From assembly GCA_051362555.1 (NCBI GenBank), contig CM120640.1, positions 19,468,001 to 19,532,000 on the forward strand: a stretch of 64,000 nucleotides of DNA, in the 5' to 3' direction. A model generated the notes under the pieces. That model was given only the letters and a program-made list of their open reading frames with translations, made no database searches and was not told where the DNA came from. This document shows, in pieces, positions 37,601-51,500 of this stretch. The position numbers were made by a program, and so were the translations under genes. Positions within the stretch are counted from its first letter, which is position 1. The number at the start of each line of letters is the position of its first letter. The stretch is from Lingula anatina (Eukaryota > Animalia > Brachiopoda).

Positions 37601-40600
37601 GGGCAATGAATGAGATCCATTTTTAATAAGTTCCAAATTAGCTGTGATTAAAACAGAAGGATAGATTTTAGCAATTTGTCTATATAATATATGTAATGGC
37701 TACGGCCTTTTATAAAGTCAAATATTATAAGCGACAGTGTATTAAACAAAAATTCTTTACCTTCTGCGCAGATGAAGGATGTTGACATGGAAACATTATT
37801 TGGGAACATAGAAGAAGTAGCGAATCTCTCCCAGAGAATGCTGAGTCAGCTGGAGAGAGCTGTGAATGGCAAAGAGTTCTATGAGCAAGTTTTAGGTATG
37901 CATTCCATGAATTGGCATATGTGTGGATGGGTGCATGCATGCGTGTGGGTGGGGTTTTTTTTTAAGTTACAAGAATTCTAGTTTTGATATGCAAATTTTA
38001 TTCAGTGTTATTTTCAGAAACTAGTTTTTTCCTAGAAAGAGGGAAGGGGAGCTTGCTTTACTGTGGGGTCAATGTTTTACTTGACATTGCTTATTTTTTA
38101 TCCAGGTTTCAGTAGACAAAAATTTTCAATAAAGGCTATTTACAGATATATTGTGCATGTTGTCATGTACTTAATTCTGAGATGTCTTATTTTCATCTTC
38201 TTATTTCAGGGAACTGTTTTGTCCAAATAGCAGAAGACATGAAGCATGTGTATGCTTTGTATTGCAGGAACCATGATGATGTACTTGCTCTCTTAGAAAA
38301 GGTGATTATGATTTAACATACATTTACATTTCAAACATTGAGCTGTTGTCAAACATGTTTATATCTGGTGTAATGTGAGTAATGTATAAACTTAACCAAT
38401 GTCTTTCAGACAGATTTTAGTCTCACCAAGTAGAAAACTGAAACATCAACTAACTTAGTTCCCTATGTTAAGTTTTTGTCTAATTTTCCAATTAAACTGA
38501 GTAGAGATTGGAATTTAAATTGAGGAGTTTTAAAAAATGCACTTTTATGACTATATATACATGTGTTGTTTTTCTTATTTGTGTCATTTTCATTCATTTT
38601 TCAGTGTGAGTCACAGCAAGATATTCAGGATTACTTCAACCGTGGCTTGGAGAAAGTCCGTCAGCATACCACTGTGTTTGACCTGGGCTCTTTACTGATC
38701 AAACCTGTTCAGAGAATACTCAAATATCCTCTACTGCTCAATGAACTTTTAAAGGTACATAAACATTGTAGAACTACTCAGCTGAGGTTCTGAGGTCATA
38801 AAATGAACTCATAAAACCGTGAGTTCACTTCACAAAATAATCAGTCTAAATGGCTTGTTTTGAAGGCGATTTGGGTCATTTTGATTGAATTTCCTTGGCA
38901 AGTCTTTCTTTACGTAGTATATTTTCCATGCAATCAGTTGCCTTACACCTGTATTATTAAGTAAAGATTGAATTGCATTGTGTTGCATTTAAATGGGGCA
39001 AACCACATATATATAATATGAATGCCATATCTTTTGTAAGTACATATTCTTAAATGGTCAAAAATGGAAGATATAACCACAGATTCGGAATATAACTGTG
39101 CATTAAGTTAAGAACTTAGGTACATGTGTTACATATTTGTATATCTGTTTATCTGTACATTTTCAGTCCACAGAGGATTCTCACCCAGACAAGTTTCCAT
39201 TGCTGACCGCTATCAATGCTATGACTGATGTGGCCACAGCTATCAATGAGTACAAGAGGAGGAAAGATTTAGGTATGGTGATTACTCACTGTTTTCAAAC
39301 ATCCTCACTATTCTGATATTACGTATGAGATTATGATTTGAAGTTTCATGTAAAATTGTAATTTAGTTTTGATTAACAGCCAATGATATCAACAAAGTGT
39401 GAAAGATTCTCATGTTCATTATTTCATTTTCAGTTTACAAATATAGAAAAGAAGCTGACAGCAAATTAAGCGATAAGATATCAAGACTCTCAATACATTC
39501 CATCATGAAAAAATCCAACAGACTTAGCATGAAGTTAACCTCAAATTTGGGACTGAGTTCACAGGTAAGAATGAAGTTAAATGATACAGAAACATTCCCA
39601 CCAGCCTGAACTTTGACATTTGCTGGCTTTAATAACCTTTGATTGGTAATGGAGTTTGATGACTTCTCTAAATTGTCTTCAAAGTAGTTCAGGTGCTTTT
39701 TTAGAAACAATTCTGAAACTACTACCTTGCTTATGCTAATAATTAACACACATTTTGTTTTGCATCTACTTCTGCCTGTTAACTGTTACAGACAAAGGAC
39801 CAGCAGTTCAATAAAGAAGAGATCAGATTTAGAAACTTAGAAAAGGCCATCAAGCTGTTTGTGAGGAATGTAGGACAGTACATAGACCAGTTACAGGTAT
39901 TCGACAGTTATTGGTTGTTAAGTTTAAGATGATGGCACTGCTTTACTTATTTCGTATTTCTTATTTCTTATTCCTAGACATGTCAGGGCAGTTATTTATT
40001 GTGATATGTATAAAAATGTATTTGCTGAAGAGTTAATTTGCTTTGTGCTGGTGTCAGTAGATATACTGAAGATTAAATATTGGATCTATTATATAATCTA
40101 CTTTTATATTAGTTAAAGATTGTTATTGATACATTGAATCTCTACTGAAAAGTTTAGTTGTAAACTTAACTTGCCTATGACTTGCATGTAATGGAGCCGC
40201 AGTACCAAAATTGCACTAGAAAAATAACTACAAAGCAAAAAGTCATCTCAGTATTTTATAGTGAAATGGTTAAAGTTTTAGAATGATATATGATTTTCTC
40301 AACAGGAAAGTGTGGGTTGTCAGGAAACAATGGCAGAGGACATATCAGATTTGTATGCAGAGAACAACTCTTGTCAGGAGGTTCAGCAGTATAGGGCAGC
40401 ATTCAGGATGCTGGGAGATGAGAGTATATTCACTTTTGTAAGTACTTGTCATGTTCTATTTGACCCTTTTTTCAATACGACAAGGCACAGAAGTTTAGAA
40501 TGTTTTGTTCTTGAGTTTTTTATATAGTTACTTTTGTACATTTTATGTTATTTTTTTACATAGGCAAAAGCATGGAAGCATGAAGGGGAAGAGCTGATAA

Positions 40601-43600
40601 ATATTTTGCTTTAGGGTTTCTAGATAGTTCTTGATCAAATAAATTATCATTGTACATGGTGCATTGTGCATGAAGTCTTTAATAAAAATTCACAGTAATA
40701 TTTATGAACAAAACTAATCTGTTATGTATATTTTCTTAGGATAAGTGATGTATAGTCTTTTTTAAGAATTGACAGTAAATTTACTCTTATATTTGTCATC
40801 AGAAATCTCATGTTGAGAGGCGAGTGACCATCCCTTTGAACAAACTACTGTCCATGTTCCACGGTCCACTGAATGTGATACAGAAGAGAGATGACAAGTT
40901 ACTGGACTACGATAGCTGGGCAGCCAAGGTCAAAAGTACAAAGGATCAGGAGAGATTAAAAATGGTGTGTGTAAATAATTCAGTAGTTGGTGTTGAGCAG
41001 TTTTAAGACAGACTGTCTAGTTTTGTGTGGCCTGCCCTATAAATCTTTCTTTCTGAAAGCATGTCTGTAGGTTTATTTTCCTTTATGCTATACATTATGT
41101 GAAAAGCATTAATAAATATTGTGATTTGGCTTAAAAAAACATGAAAGGTAACAAACTAAAATGGACTATAACATTTTTAATTCAAGAATTTTTAGCTGGA
41201 TACAAACTGTTTCAAATGCTAACGAAATTTTGATCAAATACTTTGGCTATTAGAAGTTGGCTCACTTCAGGTCGCAAGCTCAGAATTTAGTTCTTTAGAA
41301 CGTGTCACATGTTTACATAAGATTTCCCCCATTCACTTACAGAGCAAAGACCAACTACAAAAAGCAAAGAACAACTATGAGGCACTGAATGCTCAATTAC
41401 TAGATGAACTTCCCAAGTTGTCCAATATGTCCTTACAGTTGTTCAACGAGTGCATAGGAAGCTTTGTGCAGGCTCACAAAGTCTTCATAGAAGGAACCCT
41501 ACGTCACATGTATCCACTTATGGAGGTAGGTTATGTACTGGAAAATGCACTGCTCATGAACCCGATATACATGATTGCATGCATACTGTCATGTATATCA
41601 ATCGAGGGGCTAGCAAGGAGAAATTGTTTAATCAGCTAGCTGTGTATTATTTGTCATACATACAAATGAAAATCGTCCATGTTTCCCACCCAAAACCCTA
41701 ATTTTGAATTAAGTACATTGATATCACCACACATAGGATGATGTCAAAGAATGAAATTTACACATTTTCACCAAGATGTTCTGTGGTGGTGGTAAAACCA
41801 CATGCATGCTTGTTCTAACATTGAGAAACTCTGTCACTTTCTGAAGAAACCAGACTTTTTAGGTTAATTTTCAATTAAACTGCCTAACCCTTATGAAATA
41901 TTCAGGAACCCATTTGCATATCTAAGATACTCTTTATTCTTATATTATTTTTATTCTCCAAATGTCTTTGCTAATGCTGTAAATTCACATCCTATATCTT
42001 TATGCAATAATAAGTCCTTATTCTAATGCCTTAAGTCCATATAAGGAATCCACATTTGAATTGGGAGATGTATATTAGCACTCATATGATATTGCATGTT
42101 GGTCTATATAGTCTGTTGCTTGCTAACCTTCCAGCTTCCCATAATGAATGGCACGGGTGGTGAGAATGTTCTGGAAATGTTCAATCAAGCGCATGCGGAA
42201 GTGGTGGATCAGTTGGCAGATCTCAGTTTTGTACCTAAGGGATTCAGCTCAAGAAAAGACAGCAAACCTGATGTGAAACTAAAAAGGCTTCCATCCGATT
42301 CCAAGTTTTATCAAGTAAGCAGACATATTAACACTGCTTCTACTTGGATGGTTACTCATGTCTTTGGCTCCACATTTGCATGGGTGATAATTGGGTGTTA
42401 TTAATCAAAATTTTGGTTAACTTTGTGTTCTGTTTAATACCTTATTTATAGGTGAATGGTTCATTTAAGGTATTCATTTAGAATTGAATAAAGCACAAGG
42501 AGACTAGAGAAAGCAAAGGCTAATTGATAGACAAAATTAACAGTCTGTACTCACCATCATGATAATACCAAAAAATATGGCCCATATTGCTGTATCAGTA
42601 TTAATCAGTCATATTTCTCCACAAAAGACTTCAGCTGAAGTTAAACCCCCTTTACACTGGACGGCATCCCTTTTGCGTTCTTTGTGCGACCATGAAACTG
42701 GCATCTCTGTGGTTGAAGAAAGGAGACACAAGCATTGCTTTGGTTGCAAAATGAATGCTCAATGATTGGCCAGTTGTGGACATGTAACATATTATTTTTG
42801 TACTCTCAAACGGGGTCGTACTACAGGACACAGAAAGGATGCTGTCCAGTATAAAGGGGTTCTATACAGTCATGTGATACACTATGCCAAATGTAAGTAA
42901 CACAAGATCGTGAAATGCAAAGCAGTCTTCTTTATGCCAGGAGTTACCTGCAGTGAGCAGTCAGACGGAGAGTCAGAGGACGTCAGTGAGGCAGCAGTAC
43001 CCCTCAGATAAACTGTACACCGTGACCCAGACACAGAGCAGCCGAGATGCCATGTCCATCAGCCTGGCCGAGGGAGACATTGTGGGGGTCATCAAGGAAC
43101 AGGATCCCATGGGGAATAAGGACAAGTGGTTTGTGGATAATGGAGGTAAGTGGTGTGCTGAGCAGAATGTGTTGGAATTGTGAAAAGTGACACTTTTTTA
43201 ATGTATTCAGCTTGTGGAATCACATGAAGCATACATTCTGTATATCTGTAGAAGGCATTGACAAAAATGAAAAATAAATTAATAATTTTCAGGTTTTATT
43301 ATTGTCTTTCATTATATTGAATAAAGTTTCACAACAAATAGATTCTGATTTTGTTGCAAGTCTGCATTTCATTGTTCCCCTTTCAATGTTTCAGCAATAA
43401 AGGGATTTGTACCAAGCAACAGCCTGGCACCACTTGCGTCTTCCTCCCCTTACCCCTCCCCTGAGAGACCCAGGGCCTCCACCCCATCTTTTCCCACAGA
43501 TCTTATGGAACTGAGTCCAACACAACCCAGTATGAAGAGACAGGAGAGTGAGGACTTCCTTAGTGAACTTGATAAATACAGTGATATGTACGAACAATAT

Positions 43601-44252
43601 GAAAAAGAGCATGAAGCTCAAGGATATGAAGGATATACAAATCCAACACTATCTGCACAGGTACCTCAGGTATGTTGTAAAGATTTCCAATTAGCATGCT
43701 GGTTTTACATTCTTTGGAGGTGAAATTGTGTTCATATTAATGACGCAAATATATTAAATGGAATAGTAAAAGAAATGTGTGACATTTCAGCAAAGTGATT
43801 GTTCTTTTGCATTGAGCAGTATAATTTCTGCTATTGGAAACATGATTTGTGTATTGAAGATAGAGATTGGAGATGGTTTTAAGTCCAGTTGAAACATCAT
43901 GCTACACTTGTCATATTCAACAGAACACCTCAAATTATTTTCTGTCTGTATAGAATTATTGGAATCAAAGTTGAACTTTGAAGCAAGAAATACCAATGAA
44001 ATCAGAGAGAGAGAGAGATGACCACTCTGCTTCAGAAATAAATCTTGTATGGCTTTTTCATTTCAGTATTACTATGCCCAGTACCAGTTTGAAGCCAGAA
44101 ACAGCAATGAGATCAGCCTGAGAGAAGGCCAGCCGGTCACAGTGTTACAGAAGTATGATGAACAAGGCAACCCAGACTGGTGGATGGTAGACATTGACGG
44201 TGTACAGGGTTACGCCCCTGCTAATTACCTTTATACATCCCAGCCTTCATGA
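28147..44252 (+). CDS. DNMBP: Dynamin-binding protein / Tuba (SH3 x5 - DH - BAR - SH3 x2, Cdc42 GEF), ~1567 aa. Exons 28147-28411, 29108-31054, 31310-31395, 31692-31833, 37269-37501, 37772-37895, 38210-38301, 38605-38754, 39167-39272, 39434-39564, 39792-39896, 40306-40437, 40803-40964, 41343-41525, 42135-42314, 42941-43145, 43395-43669, 44067-44252
   Basis: Eighteen GT-AG exons in phase (4704 nt). N-terminal SH3s (FPSSFVEPVTIP), DH motifs (VIQELLLTEKAY, LLIKPVQRILKYPLLL, AINEYKRRKDLV), BAR motifs (KRDDKLLDYD, YEALNAQLLDELP) and C-terminal SH3s (DPMGNKDKWFVDNG, GNPDWWMV..GYAPANYL). Confidence 0.95.
35685..35727 (+). CDS. DNMBP: Candidate alternative first coding exon of a short DNMBP isoform (MSTAVWYSSSEDDN)
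   Basis: GCAATG start, open 43 nt, and a strong donor ATG|GTGAGT in phase 1 matching the phase-1 acceptor of exon 37269. Confidence 0.4.
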
Positions 44253-47200
44253 TGAAAGCATATGTGCTGGTACAGTGTATATATGCACATGCAAATAAAC
44301 ATAAACATACAAAATTGCATCCTCAAAATGCACAAACATACAGACAGAAAATTATAATTTCTGTAAGCCCTATCATATAGGGCATGAATTGTTTTGCTTT
44401 GGATAGTCCAGATTTGTACTGGATTTAACCAGTAGTTCACCAATTAACATGGAATCAAAGATGTGTATGCTTTCATGGCAGATTTAGCTGTGCTGCTCTT
44501 TCATCTGCACAAGTTATTGCAGTCAAGTTGCTCTTCTGGTGCCTGAACAAGATTTTGTTTGATGCTGCATGCTCTGAACCATATTTTTTTTTAATAGGTT
44601 TTAGTTTATTCTATGTGCCAGTTTATCCCAGAATTACAATGGATTGTAGAAATTGGAGACTCCAAAAACAAATTTAGGTAGTATCTTATTTGTTTTTTAA
44701 GCTCAGATGAATGAGCAGTGTGTTTTAATTTGTGGCAGACAATGCATGTCCACAGCAGTTTGTGGTACAACTTGAAGAGAATTATATGTCATTTCATGTT
44801 TGGAATCATTGTTCAATGGACATGTAGTGTAGGTGACTGCATTTTATTCCTTGATGCATTGTAAAATAAAGTACTTTTTTGCTTACGAATATAGACTGGT
44901 CATAAACGAGTACATTTGACTCAGAGATGTACTTCTTTATAAATGTGCTGATAAACACTGAGAGTTTTATTTAAGTATTCTTTCAAAGTTGAGCCTATTG
45001 TGTACCACTTAAAGATCATTTTAACAGAGTTAAAACCGTAACTACGAAGTAAATAATAATAAAATGAACATGTTTGGCATCACTTTCAATTTAAAATTAA
45101 CTGGTGATAAGGTACAGGAAAGTGTTTACTTCAATCTTTACAATCTTCAGTGGCAAACATACAATTGTGATATTTCAGCGCATGTGATGTAATGCTTCTT
45201 GCATTGCTTCATATCATATAATTACATATCTATGCACAGTACACAGTATATTACTTTTTTTTTTCTGAACATTGAAGCTGGTATATACATGTATATATAT
45301 AAGCAAAACTTACACATTTTACCAAAGTGCATTAAGTTCTTTTTCAGTGTAACCATGGTCTGCAGCAGGGTAGTTTTAATGTTTTACTAGTTGTCTTGAA
45401 ACAAAAAGTTTGTTTTTATAAAATGCACTTTTCAAGTCACTGATCTTGATTTAAAATAAATAGAAATGGATATTTCATAATATTCATAGCCAGATAGCTT
45501 ACAGATGTAGAGAAATGGTGTAATTCGTCATTTTTATAGGGTGTTAAAAAGCATGCCCTTTTATCAATTTTAATTTATTGTAAACATGTTTTATGATAGC
45601 ATATTGGCCTTATTGACATAAACATCGCAAGGAAAACTAGTGCCTTTTGTTAGTTCCCATTTGTTGGAGCCGTGAGACATCAGGAAATGTTTCAAACATA
45701 AAATATTTTAATTTAGTATTGTGGCTTGATTAACAAATGTTACATAGCAAGTTGTTAGTTATCCTTTTCATGTGTTGTATTTGGTGCCCCTGTGAACGTA
45801 TGCTTTTGCCCACCTGATGTATAATATTGCAAGCTCAGATAATGATCCATTTTTTGCAAGTGGATTTGTTATACAACAGGAGTGATAAGAAAGGATGAAC
45901 TTTTTAGTGTTGTTTTTTTTTTTGCTGCAGTTATCACAGTTATAGAAAGGAGCCAGAATACCATTCATTTATGAATGGAGAAATAAATGTGCATATTTGA
46001 ATATTTCTCTTATTCTTTTTTTATTTATTTTTATGCAAGAGTGTGGGTCAATCTCTTCCCCATTTATCTTTATCTTGCATGGTGGTCTTCTTGCTCTGAG
46101 CAATGTAATATACATTCAGAATAACCAAACAATCTTTTTTATTCAATTACCTTTTATTTTTGAGGCTTGGCAACTTCATAGCACATGGATTTACATTTAG
46201 CACTTGACACAGTTGTGAACATCTTCAGTTGTGTACAAAGGCAATGCAATACAATGCAAAAAATGACATGAGTTACATACAAAATGACCTTATGACATAT
46301 AATATATGTGTATATCAAATAGTGCCCCCATATTTGGAATTGGGAATATTCCATAGAAATTTGTGGGCCAAAAAATTAACATTATCCACTTCTGTTAAAA
46401 GAAGAAACAGAAAAGGCGGCCCACTGAATGTACAATTCCAGTCTCAAGAAGCTGAGAGGTATAATTATGCAAATGAACAGCGACAATAAGATACCCTACT
46501 TGCACATACATATTTGGCAAAAAATTTTACCCTACTTCTTTAACATCAACACTTTTAAGTATAAATAAGCTGAAATTACACACATTCATTCAGACTACGC
46601 CAGAATAATTAGTGATCTATATCCATGTAAACTCCTACTTTCATCTTTCCTACACACTGACGTCGTGATTGTCTTTGTGTAATCAAGTTGCAAGATGAGG
46701 TATTAGTCCATAACTTGTCACAAACTTGTATAACACGAGGTCTTTTCACAAAATTTTGTAACTTCCAAAAAATGTAGCTAACTTGCAATTCAAATTTCTT
46801 TTAAGTAAGTCCTTTTTTATGACACATCAAAAATAACAGTTACAGATTTCTGAGAATTCAACCTCAAACAGGTACCCTTCATTCATTAACTATCTCGACA
46901 ATACACTTTCATCACTTACACTTTCAAAGACATGTACCAGACAAGTTATTATACTTTACAGTAACAGCTCCATATTATCACTGAAGATAACATATACATC
47001 TGTTGAATAGGTTAGTACAATGCAAATTACACTTGGCACCAGTGGAAGAATGAGGCACACAGAAATTAACACTTCTGGATCCACGTGCCGAATGAACCAG
47101 ACCCGTCAGACACCAGTAATGTGTCCTCTGGCACCCTAAGCAATGAATTATACTGCACATACCTAATTACACATAGAACAAATGTAAAAGCTATTCCATT

Positions 47201-48585
47201 CTGGGAACAATTGAGGTTTGAATGTTACAAGGCCATCCATCATCAGTTTGCAGATGAAATGTCAGTCAAGAATAATTTCTACAGATGGGAAGAAAAAATA
47301 TATTCTCTTTGAAATTCCTCTTTTGCTTTTACAAAGCTTGGATTACACTGGATCCATAACAACTAAGACAACAATCACCATGTAATTTCAATGCTACAAA
47401 GATGACTACTTTGTGAACTGTTTACAAGTGCACATAATCGGGATAAGCTACCCCCCGGGTTTCGGAGCCTGTGATGAACCTTCGCTAGACTAGTAAATGC
47501 CAACCAACACTATTTGAGAGAAAGTCCATGGTGCACAGATCCAACTCTCAGAACACAATATTCCATTTTTATATGACAATAAAATGCAACAAGTTTGATA
47601 CATGTAAAAAAATATGAGGAGATGAGCACATAATCCATTCTTCTAAATACAATGTTTGTCCAAATTGAGGATAATTCAAGAGTTATAATAAGGGGTACAT
47701 AAAATCAATCAATAAAGGTTCTTGCGAAGTAATGAGCAAGTTTTGACAATGAACCTTGTATGTAGAACATTTACAAATGTGTAGGTAAGTAAGCACTAAA
47801 GCACATGGCAGATAATTCCATGCTGCATAGGTCTGTGATTTGCTGATGAAGATAGCGACTTCATGGCAGTCGCGACAAGCAAGAAGAAAAAAAGTAATTT
47901 TTTATATACATTTACATGCATGTTGACAAATAGAAAATGATGTGAAAACTGGAATATTCATGTCCAAATGTGTTACATGAACCACACAAATAAAAGCAGT
48001 CCTACAGTAATTTATGTCCAAATCAAATGTTGAAGCAGATTTTTTATTACAAGTACAAATCAACACTTCATTGTTTGAACTGACTATTCGAGCCCAAAAA
48101 AATATCCTGATTCACAATTACAAAAATTTTCAAGTTCACATACATACAAATAATTTGTATAAATGTCTGTATTTTTAGTTATATTTTCAGTTATCTTTCT
48201 TAAAATATGACAAAAAAATTTCCATGTCACAGTAAACAACCAGCCTGTGTCTTTTGCACTGAATTCACTTTTTTTTTCCCAGTGTTAGATATGCAGATCC
48301 AGTTGTAATCCTCTACTTCTCAGTCACTTCCACTCTTGAGAAAGATGGCTCCAAACATCCTTAATTTCATATCTTGGATAGCAGAGAAGAACATCCAACA
48401 AATAATCAGCAACCATTATCTTGAAGACGCTTTTGATCAGATCTGAATATAAAACTCGTCATGAATTTCAAAATCATCATTGGTCACATTTCCTGAATTC
48501 CATCCCCCTCCCTTTTATCAAGAAACTTCTTTCCCCGAATTGGCTGTCCTGTTGTGAGGTTTGCTCTAAACACAAAACTATCCTC

Positions 48586-51500
48586 CTACACTTCGTTCTC
48601 TCCATAGAAAAAGAACCCATGTTGATCTATAATAGTTTGTACAATGTCTTGCAGTGACATAACATTGGATGCCATGTCAGCAAATGAGGCAAATTCTGGC
48701 CTTAATAATGTTGGCCACCAACAAATGGCTAAATTTTTACTGTCCATGGAATTGACATCACTCTGTTTTGTGACCCTGGAAAAAAGAAAGAACAAGCACA
48801 GATAAGAAACCACTTTTGATTTGAGATGTGATAATTGTTGAATTGCAGATAAAATACATTTCATGTGATCTATGGTTAATTTTGTGGGTTGTTATTCATG
48901 GAATTTTCAATTAATTTTTCAAACTATTAAAAAAAACTTAAATTCATTGCATGTTACCTTCTCTATAATAAACTGCCCAAGTTGTAATGACATAGAATTT
49001 CAAAAAAGTACAAATTTGTATAAAAAAATTAGATCGGACCAAAATTTGACAATTTTCTAGTCCTTGAAACTGTACCAAGAAATACTTTTTTTTAATGGTA
49101 GACTCACTTGTGCATATGTGTGGCTAAGTATTTGAGCACTTCATGGTTAACTGCAGGAAGCTTCTTAAGTACCCCTCGAAGAGCTAGCAGCCGACCAGTT
49201 TTATCCTGAATTCCTGAAATGACGATACATTTGTATTTACTAAGACTTGTTTTCTACAGTTTATATTACAGTAACATATTGTTTTCAGCTACTAACTAAA
49301 TTGAATTTGAAAATGCAAAAAATTGGATGTTTTGTTTTGTTTTGCATCAAAAACATTTTTCAACCAAGCATCTAAATAAAAAATATCAGTTTACCTTGAA
49401 CTACATAACAAAATCAGCCAAAAAATATTCACCATCTATTTCTGATGCATTCAGGATAAATTTCATTATAAAAAAACATTAATGAACAGAAACTATACAC
49501 AAGCCTAAAACATAAAAGCAGCTAAACTCTAGGATTAGCAATGGGCATTTTTCTTAAATTATATTTATGCCAATTGCACTTTAACTAATCACTAAGAGAA
49601 TGAAGGAAATACATTCAAATTAAAAACAGAGATAAAGAAGAGCAATCTATTCAATACAACAGAACATAAGCCCAATAAACTTTATACATATAACACTGTT
49701 ACCTTCAACTTCCTTCCAAACTAGCCGCAAATTTGAAACACCAAATTCAATAGGGATAAATAAATGAAAGCTGCTCATTTGCCCTCAGGCTGAATCCAAT
49801 AACATATAAAATACAAATAATAACTTTTCTAACTTAATTTTTTCTCTATGATTGTACTTCTGATTATTTTAATGCCTAGATGACACAAAGCTTTATTTAG
49901 GGACAAGCACATTTTTTTCTATCATGGTTTTCATCAAACATATAACAATGCTTGGTAATGGGATAAATATTCTACCAAAATGTCAATCAAGTCCTTTGTT
50001 CAAATGATTCATCACACCCAATTTTTCCACATTAAATTCTCTTTTTTCTCTTCCTCCCATTTTTCCGCTCACCCTAAGTCTATGTATACAACTTTCACCA
50101 TGTCATTTTACACTGTACCATTCTTGAATAAGTATAGATGCATTGGTTTAAGGACAAAATCAACTCTTTTCATTTATCACAACTAACCAGAAATGGAGAA
50201 AAAGAAAACAAAAAATGATCTCCACCAAAATCCCCCATAAAAATTTGAAAATTCTTGAAAAAATATAAAACTGGAAAATAATCAGGCCCTGGAAAAAAAA
50301 TACAGTTACATGCTATCTTACCAGTGAGAATACCACCTATAGCCTCATTAACTGAAGTAAGTGACTTCAGTGACATGAAAACGCTAAAGTACAAATACCT
50401 GTGATCTTAGCTGTCATTATGAAGTGTCTAATATAAAAACTGAGCATATAACCCAACTAATGAAATTTTTTACTATGTTACCTGCTGCATGTATGAGCTC
50501 ATCATAAAGTTTGCTGGGTATGAGAGGGTCATGGAGATCACTGAAGAAACCTTTCAGAGCCGTGGCCACTGCATTCACGGGAATGTCCAAGGCATTGAGG
50601 TCTATATTGGGATCTGGAAATTCATTCACACAGAAAAAAATTATCTCCACCATAATGAAAATCGCCCATAAAATTCAAAAATATTATTGCCCAATGAGAT
50701 GAAACATGTAACATAACAAAACTGATATGCTTTCCATCATTCTAACATCTGCAATCGTCATCTTTTTTCCCCCTCAACTAAATCTCTAAGCTTCACAAGG
50801 CAGACCCAGACCACCATTCTTGCCCAGAAAACTGCTTGTCAAGTTCAGCAAAATTCACCCTGCTAAAAGTCTTTAGAAGCCAAAACAAATCCCCTTAATG
50901 AAAGAAACAGATTGACAAGGTAAAGGGGCACCATAAAAACAAATTTGCACCAAAAATAACCAGTTAAGAAAAAACACCATGGGATTCTCACCTTCTTTGA
51001 ACTTTTCAAGCAGTAAATCAACATGGGCTCGGTTCCCGGGCACTCTGTAGATGCCCTCGGCTGTCAAGCCTTCCTCTTCTATCTGCATGATGCATTTCTC
51101 TACAAAAACTGGGATGAGGCGTTGTTCTTTTTGCACATAGTCATCTAGAGACATTTTAGTGGTGATCTCACTGCCTGGGGCATTCTTGGGTTTCTTTTTG
51201 CTTCTTCTAAAGGACCGCCCAACAGATTTTGATTTTTTCCTCTCCTATGAAAAAAAATTTAATTGTTATATATGAAGTGAACCTTTGTAACTAGTAGCAT
51301 TGCAGTTTCATTTAAGCACTTGAGAAGCATATACACAAAATATTATTTTGAGACACTAATATGAATCCAAGGTCTTAAGATGATCTTACCAAGTTGGTTC
51401 AAACAAATATAAAAATATCAATTGCCACTAAAAATAAACATAACATGAAAACCATTGCTCAAATAGACATACTACCTCTTCTTTCTTTCTCCGTTTTTCC

